From Haloferax volcanii DS2 (GTDB lineage Archaea > Halobacteriota > Halobacteria > Halobacteriales > Haloferacaceae): a DNA stretch of 32,000 nt. Shown one piece after another: positions 1 to 8,304 of this stretch (its first letter is position 1; the number at the start of each line of letters is the position of its first letter). The translations under genes and the position numbers were made by a program. The stretch lies in the NCBI RefSeq assembly GCF_000025685.1, contig NC_013967.1:2460001-2492000 (forward strand), read 5' to 3'. The notes under the pieces are model-generated. The model worked only from the letters and a program-made list of their open reading frames with translations, did not search any database and was not told the DNA's origin.

Positions 1-284
1 CGCTGTCGACCGCCGTCGGCGTCGACGTGCTCGGCTTCGGCGAGCGGACGCCGCTGTCGCGCGTCATCCTCGACGCCGCCGCGGCGCTCCCGACCGCGGA
101 GGTCATCGGCGTCGGCTGGCTGTTCGTCCTCGTGAAACTCGCCGTCGCCGGCTTCGTGGTCGCCCTCCTCGCCGACTACGTCCGCGAGGACCCGACCGAG
201 GGGTCGCTCCTGTTGGGCCTCGTCGCCGCCGTCGGCCTCGGCCCCGGCGTCCACAACCTCCTGTTGTTCGCCATCGCCGGCTGA
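1..284 (+). CDS. C-terminal fragment of an integral membrane protein (5' end outside the window)
   Basis: The frame is open from the window edge to TGA 282-284. Two hydrophobic helices are present (VIGVGWLFVLVKLAVAGFVVALLA; LLLGLVAAVGLGPGV). Third codon positions are GC-rich. Family not recognised with certainty. Confidence 0.6.
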   Translation, partial: LSTAVGVDVLGFGERTPLSRVILDAAAALPTAEVIGVGWLFVLVKLAVAGFVVALLADYVREDPTEGSLLLGLVAAVGLGPGVHNLLLFAIAG

Positions 285-404
285 GGCCGCGACCCTGTTT
301 GGGCCGCCCGCCTGCCGGCCTCCGCATGCCCGCTGTTGCGCCGCGCTCCGTAGTCGCCCGACCCGGGAGAGTTATCCCACCGGCGACCCGACCTCCGCGG
401 ACGC

Positions 405-1322
405 ATGTCCCGTGTCATCTGCGCCGGCCACGTCAACTGGGACGTCACCCTCCGCGTGGACGCCCTGCCGGAGCCCGACGGCGAGGCGACCGTCGAGTCG
501 CGGGTCGGCGCGGGCGGCGGCAGCGCCGCCAACGTCGCCAGCGGCCTCGTCGGCCTCGACGTGCCCGCCGCGCTCCTGGGGAGCGTCGGCGACGACGAAC
601 ACGGCCACGCCGCCGTCGCCGAACTCGCCTCGAAGGGCGTCGACTGCCGCCACGTCGTCAGCGTCGACGGCGGCCCGACCACGGTCAAGTACATCGTCGT
701 CGACGCCGCGGGCGAGGTGTTCGTCCTCGGCTCGCCCGGCGTCAACGAGGCGTTCGAGGCGACCGACCTCCCGACCGACCCGCTCGCGGCCGCCGACCAC
801 CTCCACCTGACGAGCCAGTCGCCCGAGACGGCCGCGACGCTCGCCAGACGGGCCCACGAGGAGGATACGACGGTCAGCTTCGACCCCGGGCGGCGCGTCG
901 GCGACCGGGGCTACGCCGACGCCCTCCGCGAGGTGGACTTCGTCTTTCTCAACGACCGCGAGGCCGCCACCGCGCTCGGTGAAGCGGCGGTCCAGCGCGG
1001 ACGAGACGCCGCCGCAGACCCCGTCTCAGACGTGGCCGAGGCGCTCGCGCAGACGACGCTCGTTCTCAAACACGGCCCGCGCGGCGCGGAGGTCAGAGAC
1101 GGCGACGACCGACACGTCCACCCGGGCTACCCTATCGACGCGGTTGACACGACCGGCGCGGGCGACGCCTTCGCCTCGGGCTTCATCGCGGCCCGCCTCG
1201 ACGGGGCGACCTACGAGCGGGCGCTGGCGGTCGCCAACGCCTGCGGCGCGCTCACCGCGGCCGAACCGGGCGCGCGGACGCAACTCAGTTGGCGGCGGCT
1301 GGACGACCTCATCGAGGGCTGA
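405..1322 (+). CDS. PfkB/ribokinase-family sugar (phosphate) kinase
   Basis: 305-aa ORF with ATG start. N-terminal 'VICAGHVNWDV' and C-terminal 'DTTGAGDAFASGFIAA' match the PfkB signature carrying the catalytic Asp. Proteome-typical acidic composition. Substrate cannot be read from the sequence. Confidence 0.85.
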   Translation: MSRVICAGHVNWDVTLRVDALPEPDGEATVESRVGAGGGSAANVASGLVGLDVPAALLGSVGDDEHGHAAVAELASKGVDCRHVVSVDGGPTTVKYIVVDAAGEVFVLGSPGVNEAFEATDLPTDPLAAADHLHLTSQSPETAATLARRAHEEDTTVSFDPGRRVGDRGYADALREVDFVFLNDREAATALGEAAVQRGRDAAADPVSDVAEALAQTTLVLKHGPRGAEVRDGDDRHVHPGYPIDAVDTTGAGDAFASGFIAARLDGATYERALAVANACGALTAAEPGARTQLSWRRLDDLIEG

Positions 1323-1360
1323 GCCGCCGCGTCCACGCCGCTCGGCTCCGACCCAACCAG

Positions 1361-1366
1361 TTTTAT
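1361..1366 (+). promoter_or_regulatory. TATA-like element (TTTTAT) for the 1391 gene
   Basis: AT-rich hexamer in GC-rich DNA, centred 27-28 nt upstream of ATG 1391. This is the typical haloarchaeal leaderless spacing. Confidence 0.45.
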
Positions 1367-1390
1367 CCTCACCAGCCATTCGTCGGGACG

Positions 1391-1921
1391 ATGTTCGACC
1401 ACCTCCCGGCCGCCGTCGCCGCCCTCGACGCCGCGTCGAGCCTCGGCGCAGTCGCCGGGCGACTGCTGCTCGGCGCGGTCGTCGGCGTCGCGGCCGCCGT
1501 CGTGATGGCCATCCCGATGTGGCGGCAGGACGACGGCTTCACCCCGGCGTACGTCGCCGCGGCGGTCGTCCGCCGGACGACGCCCGACGAGGTGAGCTTC
1601 GGCGACGCGAACGTCGCCCACCACGCCGCCGGCGCGCTCGCCGGCGTCCTCTACGCGGTCGTCTACCTCGTCACCGACGCCGTCGCGCCGGACCTCGGCG
1701 TCGCCGGCATCGGCATCGACCTCCCCTCGCACCTCGTCGCGACCGCGGTCGTCGTGGCGTTCATCTACGTCGCGTTCGCCCGGTTTATCTTCCCTCGCGC
1801 CGGCCGGCGCATCTACGGGGAGCGCGCGACGGCGGTCCGCGGGCAGTGGCTCCGCTCCTCGCTCGTGTTCGGGGCGACGCTACTGGTCCTCGCGCCGGCG
1901 ATTTTCCCCGGGTTCGCGTGA
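1391..1921 (+). CDS. Hypothetical polytopic membrane protein
   Basis: ORF 1289-1921 trimmed to ATG 1391 (MFDHLPAAV...) using the TATA spacing. About four hydrophobic helices. No recognised family. Confidence 0.65.
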   Translation: MFDHLPAAVAALDAASSLGAVAGRLLLGAVVGVAAAVVMAIPMWRQDDGFTPAYVAAAVVRRTTPDEVSFGDANVAHHAAGALAGVLYAVVYLVTDAVAPDLGVAGIGIDLPSHLVATAVVVAFIYVAFARFIFPRAGRRIYGERATAVRGQWLRSSLVFGATLLVLAPAIFPGFA

Positions 1922-1984
1922 CGGCGGCTCGGTCGGAAGCCCGGCCGACGGACCGCGGTCCGTGCCCCCCGGTCGAACCGCGTC

Positions 1985-1991
1985 GTTTTTG
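1985..1991 (+). promoter_or_regulatory. TATA-like element (GTTTTTG) for udp
   Basis: T-run at 1986-1990, about 28 nt upstream of ATG 2016. Confidence 0.4.
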
Positions 1992-2015
1992 CCCGCGACC
2001 CGAGTGGGTCGGTAC

Positions 2016-2744
2016 ATGGCGAAACAGCCCCACCTCCTCGTCGAAGAAGGCGACGTGAACGACATCGCGCTCATCCCGGGCGACCCCGGGCGCGTCGACC
2101 GCATCGCAAAGCAGTGCGAGAACGTCGAGGAAGTCGCGCAGAACCGCGAGTACAAGGTCGTCAACGCCGAGTACGAGGGCGTCCCGCTCACCATCTCCTC
2201 GACCGGCATCGGCTGTCCCTCGGCCGCCATCGCCATCGAGGAACTCGCCCGCGTCGGCGTGGAGACGTTCATCCGCGTCGGCACTATCGGCGCGCTGCAA
2301 GCGGACATCGAAGTCGGTGATATGATCGTCGCCACGGGCGCGGCCAAGGAGGAAGGTACCTCGAAGCGCTACGAGTCCGAGGTGTACCCGGCCGTCCCCG
2401 ACTACGACGTGCTCACCTCGCTCGTCGACTCGGCCGAAGCCAACGACGAGGACGTCCACGTCGGCCCCATCGTCTCCGACGACGCGTTCTACAACGAGTC
2501 CGACGAGTACGTCGAAGACTGGAACGACGCCGGCCTGCTCGCCATCGAGATGGAGGCCGCGACGGTGTTCTCGCTCGCCCGCCGTCGGGGGCTCCGCGCC
2601 GGCGCTATCTGCACGGTCGACGGCAACCTCGTCGCCGGCACGCAGAAGGGAGCCGACTCGGACGAGGAACTCCCCGAGAAGGCGAAGAACAACGTCGAGC
2701 GCGCCATCTCCATCTCGCTCGACGCCGTTGCCGACCTCGCGTAG
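2016..2744 (+). CDS. udp: Uridine phosphorylase-like nucleoside phosphorylase (PNP/UDP family 1)
   Basis: Motif-by-motif similarity to E. coli Udp as I recall it: 'IPGDPGRVDRIA', 'STGIGCPSAAIAIEEL', 'RVGTIGA', 'IEMEAATVF', 'GLRAGAI'. Start moved from 1962 to ATG 2016 (MAKQPHLL). Confidence 0.85.
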   Translation: MAKQPHLLVEEGDVNDIALIPGDPGRVDRIAKQCENVEEVAQNREYKVVNAEYEGVPLTISSTGIGCPSAAIAIEELARVGVETFIRVGTIGALQADIEVGDMIVATGAAKEEGTSKRYESEVYPAVPDYDVLTSLVDSAEANDEDVHVGPIVSDDAFYNESDEYVEDWNDAGLLAIEMEAATVFSLARRRGLRAGAICTVDGNLVAGTQKGADSDEELPEKAKNNVERAISISLDAVADLA

Positions 2745-2753
2745 ACGACAGCC

Positions 2754-4178
2754 GTGGACCCTCGCCATCTCGCGGCCCGCGCGGTCGCACGCGTCGGCGC
2801 GCTCCGCGACCGGATTCGCCGGGTAGAGCGGCTCGAGATGGTGGCGTTCGGCCGCTGGATAGAGAACACGAACAACCTGCTGCATCTCTCGATTCTCCTC
2901 ATCATCCCCGTGCTCATCGCGGTGGTGACGCTCATCTCCAACTCGGTCAGCACGCTGTCGTTCCTGCTGTTCCCGCCGCTCGCGTCCGGGTCGTACACGC
3001 TGTTTTCCGACCCCGAGGGGCGGTACGCCTCGCCCGTGAAGTTCGTCGTCGCCCTCACGGTCGGCGCGCTCTGCGGCCTCGTCGCGGTCGGCTTCACCGG
3101 CTGGGCGTACGGCCCGACCGGGACCGCGCTCGTCCACCCGTCGGCGGCGGCGCTCGCCATCTTCCTCGCGGGCGCGACGACGTGGGCGTTAGACGTGGAA
3201 GCGCCGTCCGCGTTTTCGACGGCGCTCTTGACGCTCGTCACGGGCAACGTGAACCCCGAGGAGTACGTGGTGAGCATCTTCTTCGCCAGCGTCGTCATCG
3301 CCATCGCCTTTACCGTCTGGCGCGAGCAGTTCTACGAGCGCCGCGCGGAGTACCTCTACGGAACCGTCCGCGGCGACGACCACGTCCTCGTCCCGATGCG
3401 CGGCGAGACGGCGACCCAGACGGCCTTTTTCGCCGCCCGGCTCGCCGCCGCCCACAGCGCCGGGAAAGTCGTCCTCCTCGACGTGCTCCCGGCGACGCCG
3501 GCCGACGAGAGCGACGCGACCCCGGACACCACGGCCGACGGCGAACTCGACGCCGACGCCGACGCGTCGGTCGAGCGCCTCGAATCCTGCGCCCACAACC
3601 TACGGACCCAGTTGGGCGTCCCCGTGGAAATCGCCGTCGCGCGCGGCGACCCGCTGACGGCGACCACCGAGGCCGCGGCGAACACCAACTCCGACCTCGT
3701 GGTGACGCCCTACGAGGAGGACCGCGGCCTGCTTTCGGACTACATCCGCGGCCTGTTCGGCGGCTCGTACGACACCGTGGCGTTCCGCTCGACCGGCGAG
3801 ACCTACCGCTGGCGGCGCGTTCTCGTCCTCGTCGCGCGCCCCGGCGACGCCGCCCACGCGATGATAGACTTCGCGACTCGCCTCGCCGGGAAGACGGGGA
3901 GCGTGAGCGTCACGACGTGCATCTCCTCGGAGGTCGAACGCCGGCCCGCGGAGTCGAAGCTCGCCAATCTGGTCGAGACGGCCGACGGGAACATCGAGAC
4001 GCGGGTCGCCCGCTCGGAGGTGACGGCGTTTATCGCCTCCAATGCCGCCTCCTACGACCTCGTGGTGCTCGGCTCCAGCGGCGACCGCTCGCCCGCCTCG
4101 CGGTTCATCTCGCCGCCGACGTTCGAGCGCATCCGCGAGGTAGACTGCGACGTGGCGGTGTTCGACCGCGGGCACTGA
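2754..4178 (+). CDS. HPP-family membrane domain fused to two universal-stress-protein (UspA)-like domains
   Basis: The N-terminal polytopic part has HPP-like motifs ('FPPLASGSYTLF', 'VHPSAAALA'). The C-terminal half has two Usp-like units ('HVLVPMRGE..', 'RVLVLVARPGD...YDLVVLGSSGDRS'). GTG start at 2754; alternative ATG at 2838. Confidence 0.7.
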   Translation: MDPRHLAARAVARVGALRDRIRRVERLEMVAFGRWIENTNNLLHLSILLIIPVLIAVVTLISNSVSTLSFLLFPPLASGSYTLFSDPEGRYASPVKFVVALTVGALCGLVAVGFTGWAYGPTGTALVHPSAAALAIFLAGATTWALDVEAPSAFSTALLTLVTGNVNPEEYVVSIFFASVVIAIAFTVWREQFYERRAEYLYGTVRGDDHVLVPMRGETATQTAFFAARLAAAHSAGKVVLLDVLPATPADESDATPDTTADGELDADADASVERLESCAHNLRTQLGVPVEIAVARGDPLTATTEAAANTNSDLVVTPYEEDRGLLSDYIRGLFGGSYDTVAFRSTGETYRWRRVLVLVARPGDAAHAMIDFATRLAGKTGSVSVTTCISSEVERRPAESKLANLVETADGNIETRVARSEVTAFIASNAASYDLVVLGSSGDRSPASRFISPPTFERIREVDCDVAVFDRGH

Positions 4179-4252
4179 GCGCCGAGAGAGAGCGACGCGG
4201 AGCAGCCGGCGTCGGAATCGGCTCGCGGTTGCGACCGGCGTCGCCGGGGTCG

Positions 4253-5464
4253 TCAGTTACGGTCGTCCGTTCCGGGGTCGTCTGCCTCGCCCGTTCCGTC
4301 TTCGGCCGGCTCGGTGGGCTGTTCGTCGAGCAGCCGTTCCTCGATGGTTTCGAGGCCGCTCCCGCCGACGGCCGACTCCGCGAGGAAGTGGCCGCCGAGC
4401 GCCGCGGGGCTGATGACGGTGTTGGCCCCGGCGCGGCGCAGTTTCCGCTCGTTTTCCCGCTGGGTCGCCGCCGCGACGATGTGCACGTCGGGGTTGAGCT
4501 GTCGCGCCGTGAGGATGGCCAGCGCGTCTTCGGCGTCGTTGTTCGTGGCGACGACGACCGAGCGGGCGGCGTCGACGCGGGTCCGCTGGAGCGCCTCCTC
4601 GTCGCTCGGGTCGTCGGTGACCACGTCGTAGCCGCGGTCGGTGAGGCGCTTGGCGCGCCCCTCGTCGGGCGTGACGATGACGACGCGGGCGCGGTCGCCG
4701 AGCTCTTCGAGAATCGGTTCGGTCAGTTCCCCGTAGCCGAGGACGAGGACGTGGTTCTCCAGGATGTCGAGTTGTGATTCGGTCATGCGTCCGAGTGCTT
4801 TGGTGAGTCGCGCTTCGATTGCGGGCGTGAGCAGGACACCGAGCGCCACGGCGAACGTCGCCACCGTGATGAGGAGCGCCGAGATGCCGAACAGCCTGGC
4901 GATGGCGGTCTGCGGGTAGATGTCGCCGTAGCCGACCGTGCTACCGGTGACGACGCCGAAATAAAACGCGTCGAACAGCGTGTCGATGCCGTTGAACTGC
5001 TCTCTGAGCGCCCACGCGCCGGCGGTCGTGTAGGTCTGTGCGCCCGCGATGGCGAGCAGCGCCGACAGCTGCGTCGCCGTCAGGTCGAGGTCGCGGTCGA
5101 ACGCCCTGTGATTGAACACCAACAGCGCGAGGCTGATAAGCGAGAGCCCGACGAGCGGGGCCGCCCGCTCGGGCGACTGGATTAGCCCCTGCGCGGCGGT
5201 CACCGGGAGCATCACCGCGGTCGAGTACCACGCGGCGCGGTAGCGGCGGCGGAGCCCGAAGACGCTCGCGAGGAGCAGAAAGCCCGTCAGCGTCCCGGTG
5301 AAGCCGGCGGTGATGCGGACCGCGTCGGGGATGTAGGGTGCCAGCACGCCGCCGGCGACCGGGGAACTGATGTTGAGGATGCCGATGGCGACCGACAGGA
5401 CGGCGGCGACGAACACCGTCCCGATGGTCGCGCGGGCACCGACCCACTCGCGTACCGAAGCCAT
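4253..5464 (-). CDS. Potassium channel with C-terminal TrkA-N (RCK N-lobe) domain
   Basis: TVGYGD selectivity filter encoded at 4922-4939 (minus strand), preceded by about six hydrophobic helices. A Rossmann-type RCK follows ('HVLVLGYGELTEPILEEL...VVATNNDAEDAL'). The ORF-track start 5494 is TTG. I prefer ATG 5464 (MASVREW), 30 nt from CTTTTGG. Confidence 0.85.
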   Translation of the reverse strand: MASVREWVGARATIGTVFVAAVLSVAIGILNISSPVAGGVLAPYIPDAVRITAGFTGTLTGFLLLASVFGLRRRYRAAWYSTAVMLPVTAAQGLIQSPERAAPLVGLSLISLALLVFNHRAFDRDLDLTATQLSALLAIAGAQTYTTAGAWALREQFNGIDTLFDAFYFGVVTGSTVGYGDIYPQTAIARLFGISALLITVATFAVALGVLLTPAIEARLTKALGRMTESQLDILENHVLVLGYGELTEPILEELGDRARVVIVTPDEGRAKRLTDRGYDVVTDDPSDEEALQRTRVDAARSVVVATNNDAEDALAILTARQLNPDVHIVAAATQRENERKLRRAGANTVISPAALGGHFLAESAVGGSGLETIEERLLDEQPTEPAEDGTGEADDPGTDDRN

Positions 5465-5490
5465 GTCTCTCGCAGTTCTGGCGTCCGAGG

Positions 5491-5497
5491 CCAAAAG
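5491..5497 (-). promoter_or_regulatory. TATA-like element (CTTTTGG on minus strand) for the K+ channel gene
   Basis: About 30 nt upstream of ATG 5464, inside the 100-bp divergent intergenic region. Confidence 0.4.
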
Positions 5498-5535
5498 CGG
5501 TCGGGTATCAGCCCGTCACGGGTGCGTCGTCACGT

Positions 5536-5542
5536 CTTTATC
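5536..5542 (+). promoter_or_regulatory. TATA-like element (CTTTATC) for the first TrkA-C gene
   Basis: Centred about 26 nt upstream of ATG 5565. Confidence 0.45.
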
Positions 5543-5564
5543 GCGTCGGTGAGTGTACCGGCGC

Positions 5565-6776
5565 ATGGCTTCACTCCCCGTCGAAGTCGTCTACGGGCTG
5601 TACTTCGGCGTCCTCACGGGCCTCGTCCCGGCCGCCGTCGCGTGGCTCCTCGGCTTCGGCTTCCGCTACGTCACCGGCGTCACCGTGCCGGGCCTCGCCG
5701 TCGTCGTCCTCAGCGTCGCCATCGCGGGCGCGAGCGGCGGCCTCATGGCGCTGGCCGACCCGACGATTACGCAGTCGGAGAGCCAGGTCAGGCTGACGGT
5801 CGCGCTGTTGGTCGTCCTGATGGGGTCGTTGTACGCCCACAACCGCGGCGACGCCTTCGCCAACGATATCCCGCGGAAGATGTCGCTGCGCAAGCTCACC
5901 GAGCGGTCGCTGTCGACCGACGTGGTCGAACTCGTCGGCGGCCGCGGGCAGGTCAGCGTCACCGTCACCGGCGAGGTCGGTGACATCGAGGGTTACCCGC
6001 CGGTTCCGCTCGACATCCGCACCGGCATCCGCAACGGCGAGTGGACGTTCCCCGCCGACATCCCGCTCGTGGAACTCGAATCGCGGTTCGCCGACCGCCT
6101 GCAAAACGAGTTCGACCTCGCAGCCGTCGAGGTCAGACTCGACGAGCGGGCCCGCGCCACCGTCACCGCCGCGGCCCCGGTCGGCGGCCTCTCGAAGCGC
6201 CTCCCGGCGGGTAAGCGCGCGGTGTCGGTGACGGCGCTCGTGCCGACGGGGCTCGCGCAGGGCGACGACGTGGTCGTCGTCACCGACGGCGGCACGGTCT
6301 CGGCGACCGTCGCCGGAGTCGACTCCGTCGCGGAGGTCCCGAGCGAACCCGACGACGATGACGACGACGCGGACGCCCCGAAGGCCGCGCCGCGCGCCCC
6401 CACGGCCGTCGGCGGCGAGGGTCGCGTCACGCTCGCGGTCGACCGGGGGCAGGTCGAACCGCTCCTCACGAGCGACGTGGAGCGGTTCGTCGTCACCTCC
6501 CGCGGCGTCCGTCGGGAGTTCGAACTCGTCTCACTGCTCCGCCGCGCCGGCAAGCGCTTCTCTCGGCTCTCGGTTCGGTCCGAGAGCCCGCTCGACGGCG
6601 TGACACTCGGCGAGGCGGGCGTCCGCGACGCCTACGGCGTGGCCGTCCTCGCGGTCCGGCACGGCGGAAACTGGACGATTGCGCCGCGAGGGGACCAAGC
6701 GGTCTCCGCCGGCGACACGCTCTACGCGGTCGGGTCGAGAACCGACCTGACCGGCTTCGAGGAGGCGGTGGCGTGA
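5565..6776 (+). CDS. Membrane protein with C-terminal TrkA-C (RCK_C) domain, paralogue 1
   Basis: N-terminal TM helices, an acidic linker (DDDDDDAD, ~6351-6374) and a C-terminal 'LDGVTLGEAGVRDAYGVAVLAVRHGGNWTIAPRGDQAVSAGDTLYAVG' TrkA-C pattern. ATG 5565 preferred over GTG 5553 on TATA spacing. Confidence 0.8.
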   Translation: MASLPVEVVYGLYFGVLTGLVPAAVAWLLGFGFRYVTGVTVPGLAVVVLSVAIAGASGGLMALADPTITQSESQVRLTVALLVVLMGSLYAHNRGDAFANDIPRKMSLRKLTERSLSTDVVELVGGRGQVSVTVTGEVGDIEGYPPVPLDIRTGIRNGEWTFPADIPLVELESRFADRLQNEFDLAAVEVRLDERARATVTAAAPVGGLSKRLPAGKRAVSVTALVPTGLAQGDDVVVVTDGGTVSATVAGVDSVAEVPSEPDDDDDDADAPKAAPRAPTAVGGEGRVTLAVDRGQVEPLLTSDVERFVVTSRGVRREFELVSLLRRAGKRFSRLSVRSESPLDGVTLGEAGVRDAYGVAVLAVRHGGNWTIAPRGDQAVSAGDTLYAVGSRTDLTGFEEAVA

Positions 6777-8281
6777 TGTCGGCGCTGCTCTCCGCGTTCG
6801 CTTCGGCCGCCGGCGCGGGCACCGCCGTTTCGGTCGCGCCCGCCGCCGACCTGTTCGCGGCGGTCGGAGGCTCGCCGGCCGCCGCCGGACAGGTGTCGAT
6901 TCCGCCGGCTGACGACTCGCTCGTCTTGCAGGCGCTCCGGCTCGTCGGCCTCGTCGTCGGCGCGTTCGTCGTTTCGGCGGTCGCCTCGCTGCTCTACCGC
7001 TGGTACACCCGCGAGATAATCCCGCGGGCGCTGGCGGTGCTGTTCGGCGGCGCGGTCGTCGCGCTCTACCTGAACACTATCGGCCTGTTCGGCGCGTTCA
7101 CAACCGGCACCGAAACCGAGGTGTTTCAGCTGGACACCGTGGTTTTCAACGTCGCGTCGCTCGCCGGCGGGGCGCTCATCGCCCCGGTCGGCCGGGTCGC
7201 CGGCGACCGACTCGCGACCGACGTGTTCGCCGTCGCGGGCGCGAAGGAACTCGACGCCGACGTGAGCCGACTCGTCCGGACCGTCGGCCGCGTCACGTCG
7301 GTGACGCTCCCCGAGGACATCGCCGACATCGAGGGCTACGACCCGGTCGGGGAGACCGTCAAGACCCAGCTGAGCGGCAAGACGCTGCTGTTCCCCCGAC
7401 GGCTCGGCGAGGCCGAACTCCGCGACCGACTCGCGACGCGCATCAAGGACGACCACGGCGTCGGCCACGTCGACGTGGAGTTCGAAGCCGGCGGGAGCGA
7501 GGTGTCGTACCTCGCGCTCGGCAGTCGCGCGGCCGGCCTCGGGCCGACGCTCGCGCCCGGCACCGTCGCGGTCGCGATTCGCGGCGACCCCGGCTCCGGC
7601 GCGGCCGCCGGCGACCCCGTACAGGTCTGGTCGGTTCCGAAGCCGGACGCGGCCGACGACGACCCGGCAGCCGACGCCATCGCGAGCGCGGCCGACGCGA
7701 CCGAATCGCCCGACGCCGCCGACGTGACCGAGACGGCCGGCGGCGGCCCCGACCCCGGTTCGCTGTCGGACGGCGGCACCGACACCGACGCGCCGGCCGA
7801 ACCGACCCGCGTCGCCTTCGGCGAACTCCGCGGCGTCGCCGACGACGTGGCGACCGTCGCCCTCGACGCGGAGGACGCCGACCGGCTGGCGAGCGGCGAG
7901 ACCTACCGGCTCGTGACGCTCCCCGCGGACCCCCACGTGGACCGCGAGTTCGCGTCGCTCCTGCGGAACGCCGACGAGACGATGGCGGTCACGACCGTCG
8001 CACCCGATGCCGACCTCGACGGACTGACGGTGTCGGACGTGGACACCACGGTCGTCGCCATCCGGTCTTCGAACCGCCCGGTGGACGCGATTCCCGGCCG
8101 GGGACGCGAACTGGCGGCCGGCGACACGCTCTACGTCGTCGGCCGACCGGAGGTGCTCCGGAAGGTCGAACGCCGGGCGACGACCGACACGGGCCGCACC
8201 GACGGCGGCGACGACGACGGAGCCGACACCGGCGGGTCCGACGGCGAGGCCTCGCGGTCGTCCGGGGCGCAATCCTCATGA
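6776..8281 (+). CDS. Membrane protein with C-terminal TrkA-C (RCK_C) domain, paralogue 2
   Basis: Same architecture as the upstream gene (shared 'DIEGY.PV' block). The C-terminus 'LDGLTVSDVDTTVVAIRSSNRPVDAIPGRGRELAAGDTLYVVG' fits TrkA-C. The start overlaps the upstream stop (GTGATG; ATG 6776 or GTG 6773). Confidence 0.8.
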   Translation: MSALLSAFASAAGAGTAVSVAPAADLFAAVGGSPAAAGQVSIPPADDSLVLQALRLVGLVVGAFVVSAVASLLYRWYTREIIPRALAVLFGGAVVALYLNTIGLFGAFTTGTETEVFQLDTVVFNVASLAGGALIAPVGRVAGDRLATDVFAVAGAKELDADVSRLVRTVGRVTSVTLPEDIADIEGYDPVGETVKTQLSGKTLLFPRRLGEAELRDRLATRIKDDHGVGHVDVEFEAGGSEVSYLALGSRAAGLGPTLAPGTVAVAIRGDPGSGAAAGDPVQVWSVPKPDAADDDPAADAIASAADATESPDAADVTETAGGGPDPGSLSDGGTDTDAPAEPTRVAFGELRGVADDVATVALDAEDADRLASGETYRLVTLPADPHVDREFASLLRNADETMAVTTVAPDADLDGLTVSDVDTTVVAIRSSNRPVDAIPGRGRELAAGDTLYVVGRPEVLRKVERRATTDTGRTDGGDDDGADTGGSDGEASRSSGAQSS

Positions 8282-8304
8282 GCGCCGGGCGACGAGACGG
8301 GAGT

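Noticed and set aside
299-2058. Arg-rich plus-strand ORFs (299-982, 979-2058) and similar ones elsewhere (3182-4777, 10408-11763, 15597-16265, 18621-19526, 20492-21967, 29559-30944 minus)
   Set aside because: These are out-of-frame or antisense overlaps of recognisable genes. Their extreme Arg/Pro/Gly content is characteristic of wrong frames in ~67% GC DNA.
1785-3137. 450-aa minus-strand ORF
   Set aside because: Antisense to udp and to the start of the HPP-Usp gene. It has no motifs and a basic, low-complexity composition.
4206-4244. 9-nt direct repeat CCGGCGTCG (about 4206 and about 4236) in the convergent gap after the HPP-Usp gene
   Set aside because: It is a GC-only 9-mer in 67% GC DNA, so a chance occurrence is likely, and there is no associated structure.
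6722-8272. 516-aa minus-strand ORF
   Set aside because: Antisense to the second TrkA-C gene. It has a basic, Gly/Arg-rich composition that is incompatible with an acidic halophile proteome.
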